Positions 36,251 through 47,187 of a stretch of DNA of 64,000 nt are shown piece after piece. A program made the position numbers and the translations under genes. The stretch's first letter is position 1; each line of letters begins with the position of its first letter. The stretch lies in NCBI GenBank assembly GCA_003427395.1, contig BFEA01000020.1, positions 5,770,855 to 5,834,854 of the forward strand, written 5' to 3'. Under the pieces are notes generated by a model, which saw only the letters and a program-made list of their open reading frames with translations, made no database searches and had not been told where the DNA came from. This DNA is from Chara braunii. Lineage: Eukaryota; Plantae; Charophyceae.

Positions 36251-36955
36251 CCAAGGTCGGTTCAATGATGGAATCCGATGACGGCTGTAGCTCTTTTGAA
36301 AGGAAAAAAAAAAAAAAAAAAAAAAAAAGAGGGTATAGTGTTTTGTTGATCAAGATTTGAGACTTGGCCTTTAGCGCTACAAGGCAATAATGTAGGATAT
36401 TTGGGGGGTGGGAGGGTTAGTCCTCCCCCTCCCCCTCCCTGCCTGGCAAGTAGTAATCAATGCCCCCTGTCCATGTTCAAATAGCTGTAACCCCAGGCAT
36501 CTGTTTCTGAGGGGGCACTAAATGGTCAGGGGCATCTGTTTCTGAGGGGGGCACTGAGTGGCCAGGGCTCTTCACTATTTTTATTTTTTTTTATTTTTTT
36601 TCATTTTTTGAATAAGCACATGTTTAAGAAATCCCGGTCTACTCTTCACTCTTGGAGTAAGACTGAAGAGCCCTGGCCACAGAGTTGCCCCCCCAGAAAC
36701 AGATGCCTGGGGTTACAGCTATTTGAACGAGGACAGGGGGCATTGATTGCTACTTGCCACGCAGGGTGGGGGGGAGCGGGGGGGGGGGAAGGGCGAACCC
36801 TCCCACCCCACAAATATCCTACATTATTGCCTTGTGGCGCAAAGGCCAAGTCTCAAACCTTGATCAAAAACACTATACCCTCGCTCTTTTTCTTTTTTTT
36901 TCCAGAAAAAAAGGAGGTACAGCCTGCATCTGATATCATCATTTAACCGACCTGG
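36251..36955. mobile_element. ~700-bp foldback element (long inverted repeat)
   Basis: GAGGGTATAGTGTTTTTG..TGAGACTTGGCCTTT..GGCAATAATGTAGGATATTTG is mirrored at 36810-36882; outer arms AGGTCGGTTCAATGATG / CATCATTTAACCGACCT. Confidence 0.8.
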
Positions 36956-37422
36956 CCCCAGGTCGTTCAGATCGTCAGAACGATTTTCTTCTGGTCATCT
37001 GATTGCGTCCGGATCCCGACTGGATGCCGACTTGGGTCTCATATATTCAACCTTCCACGAGCGAACAGACTGAGCTAGGACTGTCGATAAGGGAGGGTAC
37101 CCTCTCGTCTACATTACCCTGCTCGGGAAATTTGGTGGGAGGGCTTTGCAGCTGGAAAAGGTGGGTCCATCCTTCCCCTAAAGGCAGAGGATTTCAGAGG
37201 AGGAAAACATTGTGAGGCAGGCATGAGTGTGCTAGCATTTGCAGATCTCGCAGGCATGCCTCATCGACATCTACCCCGATGTCCTGTCTTGTCTCAGCAG
37301 CCACCTCAGACCACTTCCACACTCCACTGGCTGCCGCGTCACTCTCAAATCCGTTAAAGTCGTACATTCATCGATCAGTCCATCTCTCAACTTGGTGTTT
37401 CTGCACTATGTGACGTGTTTGT

Positions 37423-37423
<1 letters not shown>

Positions 37424-37495
<72 letters not shown>
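37424..37495. repeat. (CT)n microsatellite; others: (CA)n 37992-38043, (CT)n 41450-41502, (GA)n 43583-43635 and 60470-60602, (GAA)n 62502-62558
   Basis: Direct inspection. Confidence 0.97.
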
Positions 37496-37496
<1 letters not shown>

Positions 37497-37991
37497 GGCA
37501 GAAGGATGATCGCGATAGTGATAGCGCATGCCATGTTTTCAAAGCGTTCACTGTGATAAGTAAAGCCTCACGCTTTGATTACNNNNNNNNNNNNNNNNNN
37601 NNNNNNNNNNNNNNNNNNNNNNNNNNNNNNNNNNNNNNNNNNNNNNNNNNNNNNNNNNNNNNNNNNNNNNNNNNNNNNNNNNNNNNNNNNNNNNNNNNNN
37701 NNNNNNNNNNNNNNNNNNNNNNNNNNNNNNNNNNNNNNNNNNNNNNNNNNNNNNNNNNNNNNNNNNNNNNNNNNNNNNNNNNNNNNNNNNNNNNNNNNNN
37801 NNNNNNNNNNNNNNNNNNNNNNNNNNNNNNNNNNNNNNNNNNNNNNNNNNNNNNNNNNNNNNNNNNNNNNNNNNNNNNNNNNNNNNNNNNNNNNNNNNNN
37901 NNNNNNNNNNNNNNNNNNNNNNNNNNNNNNNNNNNNNNNNNNNNNNNNNNNNNNNNNNNNNNNNNNNNNNNNNNNNNNNNNNNNNNNNNNN

Positions 37992-38044
<53 letters not shown>

Positions 38045-38683
38045 TGTGTCTGCAACCTGGCCATGAAGGATGGGAGCAGCAGACTGATGCCAAGATCTGA
38101 GAAGAAATGACAGGGCTACCTCAGCTCCTTTGCAGGATCAGATATCAGAGCGTCCCTGCCACCTGGAGATATCTCAAAAAGAAAAGAAAATCAATAAAGA
38201 AACTGTCCCTGCCACCTATCCACGCAAGGAGAAGCTACAGGCTCAGCCTGCGAGCAGCCTCCCTTTCTTGGCTGACTCAGATATACTAATGCTGCATTGC
38301 CATACTGACACTGGAACTTTCCTTAATGCATCTACCTGGAAGAATTACGGCCAGACCTGGATGAATCTTACAGCAATCACGTCCAGAGCTTAGTAGTCAA
38401 AGTCTTTGTGCGAGTATGCCCTTCGCAATTCTTCCACACGAGGAGAGGCTGCACTGCCGCCGCAGACTAGGCAGCCAGGATCTGAGCCCAGATACTGTGT
38501 TTCCGCGTACCTGTTGCGAAGTCAAATTGTGAGCGCAGCGGGATTGTCCTCCCCCAGAGAAAAAACAAAGGGGATCTCTATCCTCAACCTGTTCATGCCT
38601 GAAGAGATTGCTGATCCCTGTTAGTAATCAGATCATCAGTTCGAATCATAAAGGAAGCAGGCAGCTAGCTTAACATGAGATCG

Positions 38684-38757
38684 AGCGGCCTAGCTCAGTT
38701 GGTCAGGCCCACAAGTGGGGCATTCAGGAGGTTGTGGGTTGGAGCCCCACGACTGCC
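38684..38757 (+). mobile_element. Degenerate tRNA-like head (SINE-like) followed by a tandemly duplicated ~215-bp body
   Basis: A-box TAGCTCAGTTGG, T-arm GTGGG-TTGGAGC-CCCAC, imperfect acceptor stem, no canonical anticodon arm; body 38755-38970 repeated at 38970-39075 plus 40010-40135. Confidence 0.6.
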
Positions 38758-39075
38758 TGTGGAGCACTTAGTGCCAACAAGCTGTAACAGTCCGCTTGAT
38801 ACCCCTGATACGTACTAGTAGGGTCGATGACCAACACAGGTGTGGGTGTGAGTGTGAGCATGAGTGGGTTGTGTGGGGTGTGTGGGAGAGTGTTTACCAT
38901 AACCAGTGCTGCTACTCGATGGGGAGTAGAGGAAGTAGATGGGAGGCGCAGCTACTGAAGCCTCATGACCGCCTGCGGAGCACTTAGTGCCAACCAGCTG
39001 TGATAGTCCGCTTGATACCCCTGATCCGTACTACCGGTAGTAGGGTCGATGACCAACACAGGTGTGAGTGTGAGT

Positions 39076-40009
39076 CAGAGATGAGCGACGGGTACCCTGA
39101 CCCACACCCACCCATGAGGCATTGGGTCAGGTGTGGGTCTTGATAAGCTGGCATGGGTGGGATGGGGTTGGGTCTTGGCGAGCCAGCCCGGGTGGGTGAC
39201 GGGGGGGTCAATGTTAGGCCTGGGTCACCCGAATGGGTGGGTGACAGGCGGGTGAGTGCTAGGCCCTGGGTCACCCAACCCACAGACCCAAGACAACCCA
39301 TAAGAGCCCTCCCACCCATCCCCCTCATGCATTTTTCCCAGCTGCGATCCACCTGCGGACTTAAGAAGTTGGAGGCCTAGGAAACCGAAAGTCTCCACCC
39401 TGGTGCTCCCTGGAAAAGAAAAGTTGTTGTCCTCGGAAAAAAAAGACCCGCGCTAATGGCAAATCGAACCTTGGGATCGCCTTGAAAAAATGTGTCACAC
39501 TCTACCGGTGGGCCGGTGGCAGCTGGACCACGGCCCAGACAACGGGATGTTCACTCCCATTAAAACAACTGGTATTGAACCTAACCACAGCAAGGGGTAA
39601 GGTTCGCTCCCCAATTTCAAACTTGTGGAGCGCTTCTAATTTTGGCGCCATCATCCGAGGACGGCCCAACGTGGAGATGCTTCAACTTTTGGTGCCGTCA
39701 TAACAAGGATGTCATGTTGCTATGGTGTGTGTAAATGTTCTAAGGGAACGGTCGGGTGCGGGTTAAAAATAATTAGGTACCGGGTGCGGGCGGGTAATTT
39801 TGTTCTCATGGGTGTGGGTGGGTCAGGGTGAAGGTTTTTTTTATGGGTGACAAGCGGGTTGGGTGCGGGAGGAAAATTTCAAAAAAACACGGGTGGGTTG
39901 GGTCACGTTGATAATTATTTTTTTTTTTTTTGAGGGCGGGCTGTACTTAAAAGAATGTGGGCGGCTTGGGTGAAGACCAATTAAAAAAAAAAAAAAGAGC
40001 CCATCTCTG
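39076..40009. mobile_element. Non-autonomous hAT-like DNA transposon
   Basis: TIRs CAGAGATGAGC / GCCCATCTCTG (Ac-like); 8-bp TSD GTGTGAGT at 39068-39075 and 40010-40017; many subterminal GGGT/ACCC motifs. Confidence 0.85.
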
Positions 40010-40375
40010 GTGTGAGTGTGAGCGTGAGTGGGTTGTGTGTGGTGTAGGCGAGAGTGTTGGCCATATCCAGTGCTGCTACTTGATGGGGGGTGGGGGAAGT
40101 GGATGGGAGGCGCGGATACTGCCAACATGATCAGCCTTCGCGTTAGCCGCCCCCCCCCACCGGAGGCCCCACCCTACTCCCGGACCACCGCCACTTAGGG
40201 CGGGGGGTCAACATGCATCCCCTTAATTGTGAGAGGTAGCTATGCTTGCAGGGGTCCCTTGTATAGGCCTAGGGGTACTTTTGGCTTTTAATTTTTTGCT
40301 TTGTTTGATATTTTCACTTTTCCTCTGCTCACGAGTCTTTGGGGACTACAGGGTCTTTCGATATATATCCTCCCT

Positions 40376-40495
40376 TCTTTTTTTCTTCTTTTTTTTGGAC
40401 CATTTCTCGATTTACGTGTGTCATCGTTGCGCAGGGGCCATGCTATGCAATCTTCTCTCTATCAGGCCGATCCTTGCACAGATGTCCAGAAGGAC
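40376..40495 (-). pseudogene. U6: Full-length, rearranged U6 snRNA retrocopy with poly(A) and TSD
   Basis: Minus strand GTCCTTCTGGAC...GAGAAGATTGCATAGCATGGCCCCTGCGCAACGATGACACACGTAAATCGAGAAATGGTCC plus A-tail; TSD ATCCTCCCT at 40367-40375 and 40496-40504. Confidence 0.9.
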
Positions 40496-40675
40496 ATCCT
40501 CCCTGCTTTCAGTTACAAGGACATCCTTCCGCAGGGGCCTTTTGCGGAGATGGGCCTTGTATTGGGTACTATTTGGAGGTTTGTTTTCACCGCTGTGGCC
40601 GATCATGGTAAGTGATTTCACTTTTTTTTTTTTTGAAAGGGGGGACGGCCTTGAGATATCATCGATTCATCATAT

Positions 40676-40848
40676 ATTTTTTTTATTTATTTTTTAATTA
40701 TTATTTCTTTTTAAGTCCATGGTGTTGTAGAGGCCAGTCACTGAATACACAGTGATCACCTGGAGCAGTAGGCCGTGGGTGTCCTGGAATATGGGACCAC
40801 CTCCCATCCCATCCTCACGTCAATACTCCTCGCGCACCTCCTATCCCA
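40676..40848 (-). mobile_element. Second copy of the ~140-nt poly(A)-tailed retroposon
   Basis: Closely similar to 17901-18060, with the same 5' end. Confidence 0.8.
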
Positions 40849-41446
40849 CTATCCTACCTCAGTGTGACCAGCACTCAGGACCATTACTGTGGCATTCTGA
40901 GCCACACGGGCCCCAGTTAGGGCCCGGTTCCAGACAGGCAGGATAAGCCTAAGGGACGACGGTTCAGATGAGGCCCAGATGGGCCTGGACCATGACAGTT
41001 CAGGCAGGCCCAGGCCAAACGGCCACAAGGCCGGTACCGGTCCGGCATAGGACCTACCGGCGGCGCTGCAGAGGCTGCCACAGTTTAGGCGCCAACCAGT
41101 TTTGAAACTGGACCGTTGATCTAGATCAACGGTCCAGGCCGGTAGGTACCAGCGGGTAGGAAGCCGGCCCAGCACTACAAAAGGCTGGGTACCAGCCTCA
41201 GTAGGTTAGAGTTAGTATGGACGAGGTTAGTCTTCAGGATTAGCGCAGCAGCCCAGCGTTAGCTCGATTAGCGCAGCGCTGCAGCACAGCGAGGAGCAGC
41301 GAGTGAGCAAGAGTTCAGCGGCAAGGAGATTAGCGCAGCATTGGGCGCAGAACCAGTTACCGGCCCAGCCCCGTTGCAGCGCCATAGCCATTGTGCCAGG
41401 TACCAGGGAGGAAGGCTCCGCCTTCTCTCCCTCATCTCCTCCACCG

Positions 41447-41504
<58 letters not shown>

Positions 41505-42850
41505 CTCCTACCCTCTCAGTCTCAGTCTACTTCTGGGTTTCTCCAACGGGACTACTGCAGTATGAAGGGTGGTTACGAACTCTGATAACATTTGGAACAG
41601 CGCCATTGGGACTACGAGTTGGGGACTATTTTGGGGATCTGATTTCACCTTCCTTCTGGAGATGTACTTGACATTGTGAGATCGATATCCAGGATATTTT
41701 GAGACTTGGCATTCGCGACATTTCGGATTTTCGTCACTTCTGACATTTGAAGATACTATCTTTGGAAACATTGAGTTGACGTCATCTTCCCTCTCCTCCC
41801 CTTTCGTCTCTCTCCTCTCTCCCTTTGTCCGTGGATGATCTTACCCCCTGGCCCTTTGTCTATGTCTGAGGCAAGGGCATTCACACCCTAATGAATGTTT
41901 GAGAGTGTTCGATTGCAGTCCGAGTGAGGTCCGAGTCAGTCCAAGGTATCTCAAGTCTTCCGCTTGCACTTGTATTAACTCTGTATTATCTGGTCGGTTC
42001 TGGGAATCTGCGCCATACTTATGACTGTGTTTCACGAGTATGCAACAATTACCCTACCAATGGGCACTGCCAGGTAACCTTGGACCGAACAGCAGTGATA
42101 GGCACCAGGGCTGATAGGTTGCCCAGCCCTGGTGGAAGCGGAATCGGACGAGCCTTGTCGAACGGGAACTTCGAACGCCAGGCCTATCATCATAGAACTG
42201 ATTGGCCCCAGGTAATTCAGAATGATCTTATTCTGGTCTTCTGATTGTATCTGGATTCTAACTTTGGTCTGTACTTCAACAGTTCATATGTGTACCAACT
42301 CAGCTAGGCCCATTGGTCACTTTTCCTTTTTGGCTGTAGCATAGAGACTTCGTTACCTTTTTTTTGTTTTTTTTTTATGAGCACAAAAACCAGCTGCAGT
42401 GTTCTACCCTCCTGCCCCGAATACATCGTACGGTCATTATAGCCGTATTGCGAGTATCCTTAAGTCTAAATACAGCTCTAATGACCGTACACTGCATTCG
42501 GGTAGCGGAAGTGATATGAGCACCCTCTGCTAGTACGCCGATCCGTGGTTGCTGCGATCTAAAGGTGGGGAGCAGCACTGGCGGAAACCGGCTCCACTGT
42601 CCCAGATAAAGCACTCATTGCTGTTAATACGACATTGTTGTTGACTACAGAGACAAAATGTTATCGGACTGGGTACACTTGTTGTTGTTGTTGTTTCCCT
42701 TTTTGTTAGCATTGAGAGGCGTATAACATGTACACATCCTCGATTGTCCTGACGACCCCCGTATAAACCGGGCCGGAGTCCCCGGAGCAAACCACTGGGC
42801 TGTCCTCTATTTGTGACGGATGTCGTGCCCGCTTCCAGGTTTCTCTTCTC

Positions 42851-42994
42851 TTCTCTTACTCTCTTTAAGCGAATAGTGGGTCTCGTCTCTTACTCTCACT
42901 CTCTTTAAGGGAATAGCGGGTCTCGTCTCTTACTCCCTTTAAGCGAATAGCGGGTCTCGTCTCTTATTCTCTTTAAGCGAATAGCGGGTCTCGC
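42851..42994. repeat. Minisatellite, ~34-bp unit x4
   Basis: CTCTTACTCTCTTTAAGCGAATAGCGGGTCTCGT. Confidence 0.9.
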
Positions 42995-43580
42995 GTGACA
43001 TTCCCACGCGAAACCCGCCTGCCAGTGTTGGGAAACAGCTGGGACACGAGGCAGGCCCAACGAAAAGAAGAGTTGCGGCGTTGGAGCACGCGCATTCGAA
43101 TACAAGTACATAGCGGCACGGCCGGCCGTGCTCGGAAGGCTGAAGATACGAAATTGCTCTGTTGTCAGAGCGCGTATCTTGTTGGGCCGGCTCCAGAACT
43201 CACCAAATGTGCAAAATGAGAGTGAATTTCCTGCTAGGAACTGGGAAGACGCAGGGCCCCTGGTCGGACCCATCGAAAAGTCGTGACAGGGCGAAGTTTC
43301 ATGATCTGCCCAACTACAATCTTAGTGTCCGTTCGAGGTTTTTCTTTTCCTCCTTTTCTTCGCCTGCCCTATATGTGTCGATGTTCCCTCAGAAGATTCA
43401 TCGCAGGGAGGTTTGTTGAAGTGTGCCAAACCTGCTACGTACTCAGCCTGCAGCGGGCCGTCTGCGGGGTCCATCCCGAACGTGGTCGGCATGCAAACTC
43501 CACGCATTGTCATGCGCATCGACGTACGAGACAGTGGACGACGCTGGTGGAGAGCAGCGTTCCAGAGATCGGCTACAGAG

Positions 43581-43635
<55 letters not shown>

Positions 43636-45312
43636 NNNNNNNNNNNNNNNNNNNNNNNNNNNNNNNNNNNNNNNNNNNNNNNNNNNNNNNNNNNNNNNNN
43701 NNNNNNNNNNNNNNNNNNNNNNNNNNNNNNNNNNNNNNNNNNNNNNNNNNNNNNNNNNNNNNNNNNNNNNNNNNNNNNNNNNNNNNNNNNNNNNNNNNNN
43801 NNNNNNNNNNNNNNNNNNNNNNNNNNNNNNNNNNNNNNNNNNNNNNNNNNNNNNNNNNNNNNNNNNNNNNNNNNNNNNNNNNNNNNNNNNNNNNNNNNNN
43901 NNNNNNNNNNNNNNNNNNNNNNNNNNNNNNNNNNNNNNNNNNNNNNNNNNNNNNNNNNNNNNNNNNNNNNNNNNNNNNNNNNNNNNNNNNNNNNNNNNNN
44001 NNNNNNNNNNNNNNNNNNNNNNNNNNNNNNNNNNNNNNNNNNNNNNNNNNNNNNNNNNNNNNNNNNNNNNNNNNNNNNNNNNNNNNNNNNNNNNNNNNNN
44101 NNNNNNNNNNNNNNNNNNNNNNNNNNNNNNNNNNNNNNNNNNNNNNNNNNNNNNNNNNNNNNNNNNNNNNNNNNNNNNNNNNNNNNNNNNNNNNNNNNNN
44201 NNNNNNNNNNNNNNNNNNNNNNNNNNNNNNNNNNNNNNNNNNNNNNNNNNNNNNNNNNNNNNNNNNNNNNNNNNNNNNNNNNNNNNNNNNNNNNNNNNNN
44301 NNNNNNNNNNNNNNNNNNNNNNNNNNNNNNNNNNNNNNNNNNNNNNNNNNNNNNNNNNNNNNNNNNNNNNNNNNNNNNNNNNNNNNNNNNNNNNNNNNNN
44401 NNNNNNNNNNNNNNNNNNNNNNNNNNNNNNNNNNNNNNNNNNNNNNNNNNNNNNNNNNNNNNNNNNNNNNNNNNNNNNNNNNNNNNNNNNNNNNNNNNNN
44501 NNNNNNNNNNNNNNNNNNNNNNNNNNNNNCCTTTGCTTAGTTCCGCCAACAAGGTTTCGATTTTGCATCCCACTTCAGAGCTGGTATATTCTCAGGGCGA
44601 ACTCACACTAACACTTTCCTTCATGTATCTGACTGGAATTACGATCGGAGCTTGATGCATCTGATCGCAATCAGGTCCACATTACAGTCGACAAAGTCCT
44701 CGTGCAAGTATGCCCTCGGTCGTCTTGCAATCTGAAAAGAGCTTGATTCACTTTCTTTCACACCTGGGACAAGAGATGAAGGCGGCATAGAGGAGAGATG
44801 GTCGAGTGATGGAGAACAGATGAAAGACAGATGAAGAAAGCAGAAAGATGTGGAGGTCACGAACAGTGGGGGGGAGGGGGGGGGAGGGTAGGGGACGTTT
44901 TCTCGGTTTCTGAATGACAGATGGAGGAGGCGGGAAGATAAGGGGATCGTGGACAGGCGGGGGGCTTCTTTTTTTTAGGGGGGAGGAGGGAAGAAATGAA
45001 AGGAGGAAGATAGGACGAGGGATGGAGAATGGATGAAAAACAGACGGAGGAAGCGGGAAGATGAGGAGATCACGGACAGGGAGGAGGTCTTTGTTTTGTG
45101 ATGTTTTCTTAGTTCTTGAGCGACAGGTGGAAGAGACGGCAAGATGAGGAGATCGTGGACAGTCGGGGGGCTTTTTTTCTTCTTCCTTTTGCAGCAACTA
45201 TTCCGCCAATGATGGGGAGTATTTTTTGTTGTTTTGAGTGAATACTGCAAATCAGTTATGTGGACTTGTCCGCCTGATGGACTTAGAAACCGGCTCCGTG
45301 TCTATTCGTGAT

Positions 45313-45466
45313 CTTTTTTTTTTTTTTTTTAATAGAAAAAATCACTCGTTTATTAACATGCAAGCCGGGAAACGGGCCCGGCGTCCCTTACAAAAATTTG
45401 CCGCAGCCCTGAGCTGAGCGAGGCTCTCCGGCCAGGCAAAGCTCATGCCAGGACTGTGTCAAGGCC
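45313..45466 (-). mobile_element. Short LINE 3'-end fragment (family A-type tail)
   Basis: Minus strand GGGACGCCGGGCCCGTTTCCCGGC..AATAAA..poly(A). Confidence 0.7.
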
Positions 45467-45469
45467 TAA

Positions 45470-45571
45470 AATGTTAAGGGATGCTGGACCCGGTTTCCAG
45501 CAGGTGTTGCTCCCCACCAATAGATGGAGCCTCCCCGAGCAAGGGAAAAAAAAAAAAAAAAAAAAAAAAAA
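45470..45571 (+). mobile_element. Short LINE 3'-end fragment (family B-type tail)
   Basis: GGGATGCTGGACCCGGTTTCCAGCAGGTGTTGCTCCCCACCAATAGATGGAGC followed by poly(A). Confidence 0.75.
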
Positions 45572-47187
45572 GATTGCCCAAACAAAAAAAAATCCCGTCT
45601 TCTCTTGATCTCTTCAACCAATAGAATGGGTCATTCTAACTTCGCCAGCAAGGTTCTGCGTACCCTATCCTATCCAAGTATTGAGGAATTAAGAACAGAT
45701 CTAGCCTAAATTATCCTGCTAACAGAAGCCATGAACAATCCTACAAATCATCCACCCACTATGTTTCAATCACAAGAAAAACCCTGAAGAAAGCAGACAA
45801 GGCAGTCGTCCCGGGTGCTTGTTTGACTTGCCCATCGAATAAGAATCGTCTTTTGTTTTTCCTTTTTCTTTTAAGGAACCGGAGCAAGATCCCACTACCG
45901 ATGTACGTGGAGTGTGTGGATTAGTGTTTGAGGCGTGCAACTGTCCGGCATCGTGGATTAGTAGCCAGTTTTTGTGAATGAAGCCCGGGAAAAGGATGAT
46001 TTTTTTTTTGGCTCTCCCATTGGTAGGTTTTTCTTTCTTTCTTGCTGTGGGGATCCTGTTGCAGTCCCAAACGTGTGTGAAAACGAGACCATTTTTTTTC
46101 TCGGTAATGAAATCACGCGCGCTTCATTCATGGCGAAGGCAAAGACGAATGTCTTCATCGCTTGAAATTGATTGTGGTTTGGGAGGTGTTTTTCGGGGAG
46201 GGTTCGATCCCCTCACCTACAGCTGCAAATGGTGTATGGAGTTGCACTTTTTTTTTTTTTTTTTTTTTTTTTTTCCGAAGACATGCTCCAGTCTATTTGT
46301 GGGGCCCTCCTTTGCCAAAGAGAATCTCTGGCAGAACAACCGAACAGCGTGCACTGCGGCCTATTTTTTCAAGGAAGCCTCAGACTATTGTCAATGAATG
46401 TGGTCCGTGTGCCCAGTCACATGCAGTCGTCTTGACTGCCACAGCCATGGTCAGTGAATCATACCCTGACATCTGACACCCCGCCTCGAGCAGACACCAT
46501 CTGTGAGAAGAGCACTTTCTTTTCTCTTTTAGCAGTTTTTTAAACTTTTTTCTGCATTTATTATCCCTATTTCACGCTGCCACCCACCTGTCCCCACCCA
46601 TCCCCCACCATCACACTAATCCACATTCATGGCTAGTGGGATCTCGATCCAGAATTCAAAGGGGACAAAAAAAAAAAAAAAAGGTTGCTGACCAACCACC
46701 ATCCGTATTTAGGTCAACTACTAGTCCAGATACGTTACATGGAGGGTGTGTCTGTACCAGCTTCTTCTACGTACACCTGTGTAGAAGCAACTTCCACAAA
46801 TTCAAACTTTTCGGCTGTCAAACAAAACCGATCTTTGACTTCATTTGTCGGGTATCAATTGCTAAGCTCTTCACTTCCCTTCACTTCTCTTTCTTTTTGC
46901 GTGTGCATCTCTTCTTGCTTTCCTCTTTATGCATTCTACACCTTCCCATCCTCCACTTCTTTCTTTCCCAACTCTTCCCTCTGCAAATGTATGCTGCCCA
47001 CTGATTATCCCCCTCCCCCCTCTGTACGCCGCATGCGAAGCCGCGGCGGGTGCACTTGTTATCATAAAGATTTGAGATTTGGTTTCAAAGAAGAAAAGAA
47101 AAATTCCTTACTAATTTGAATTTTGAAGTTTATTAAAATTTACACCGAAATAGATATAATTCAACTGTGAGCCGGCGCAAGCCTCCT

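Noticed and set aside
40860-42310. Possible LTR or leader of an LTR retrotransposon
   Set aside because: Composition is suggestive, but no paired LTR, TSD or coding domain could be shown within the window.
43283-44655. Long ORFs in the supplied track spanning N-gaps and microsatellites (also 5698-7026 and 37415-38110)
   Set aside because: Artefacts of translating N runs and dinucleotide repeats.
44639-44740. AYLHED peptide as a protein kinase catalytic region
   Set aside because: No HRD/K..N motif follows, and the paralogous copies do not support a kinase.
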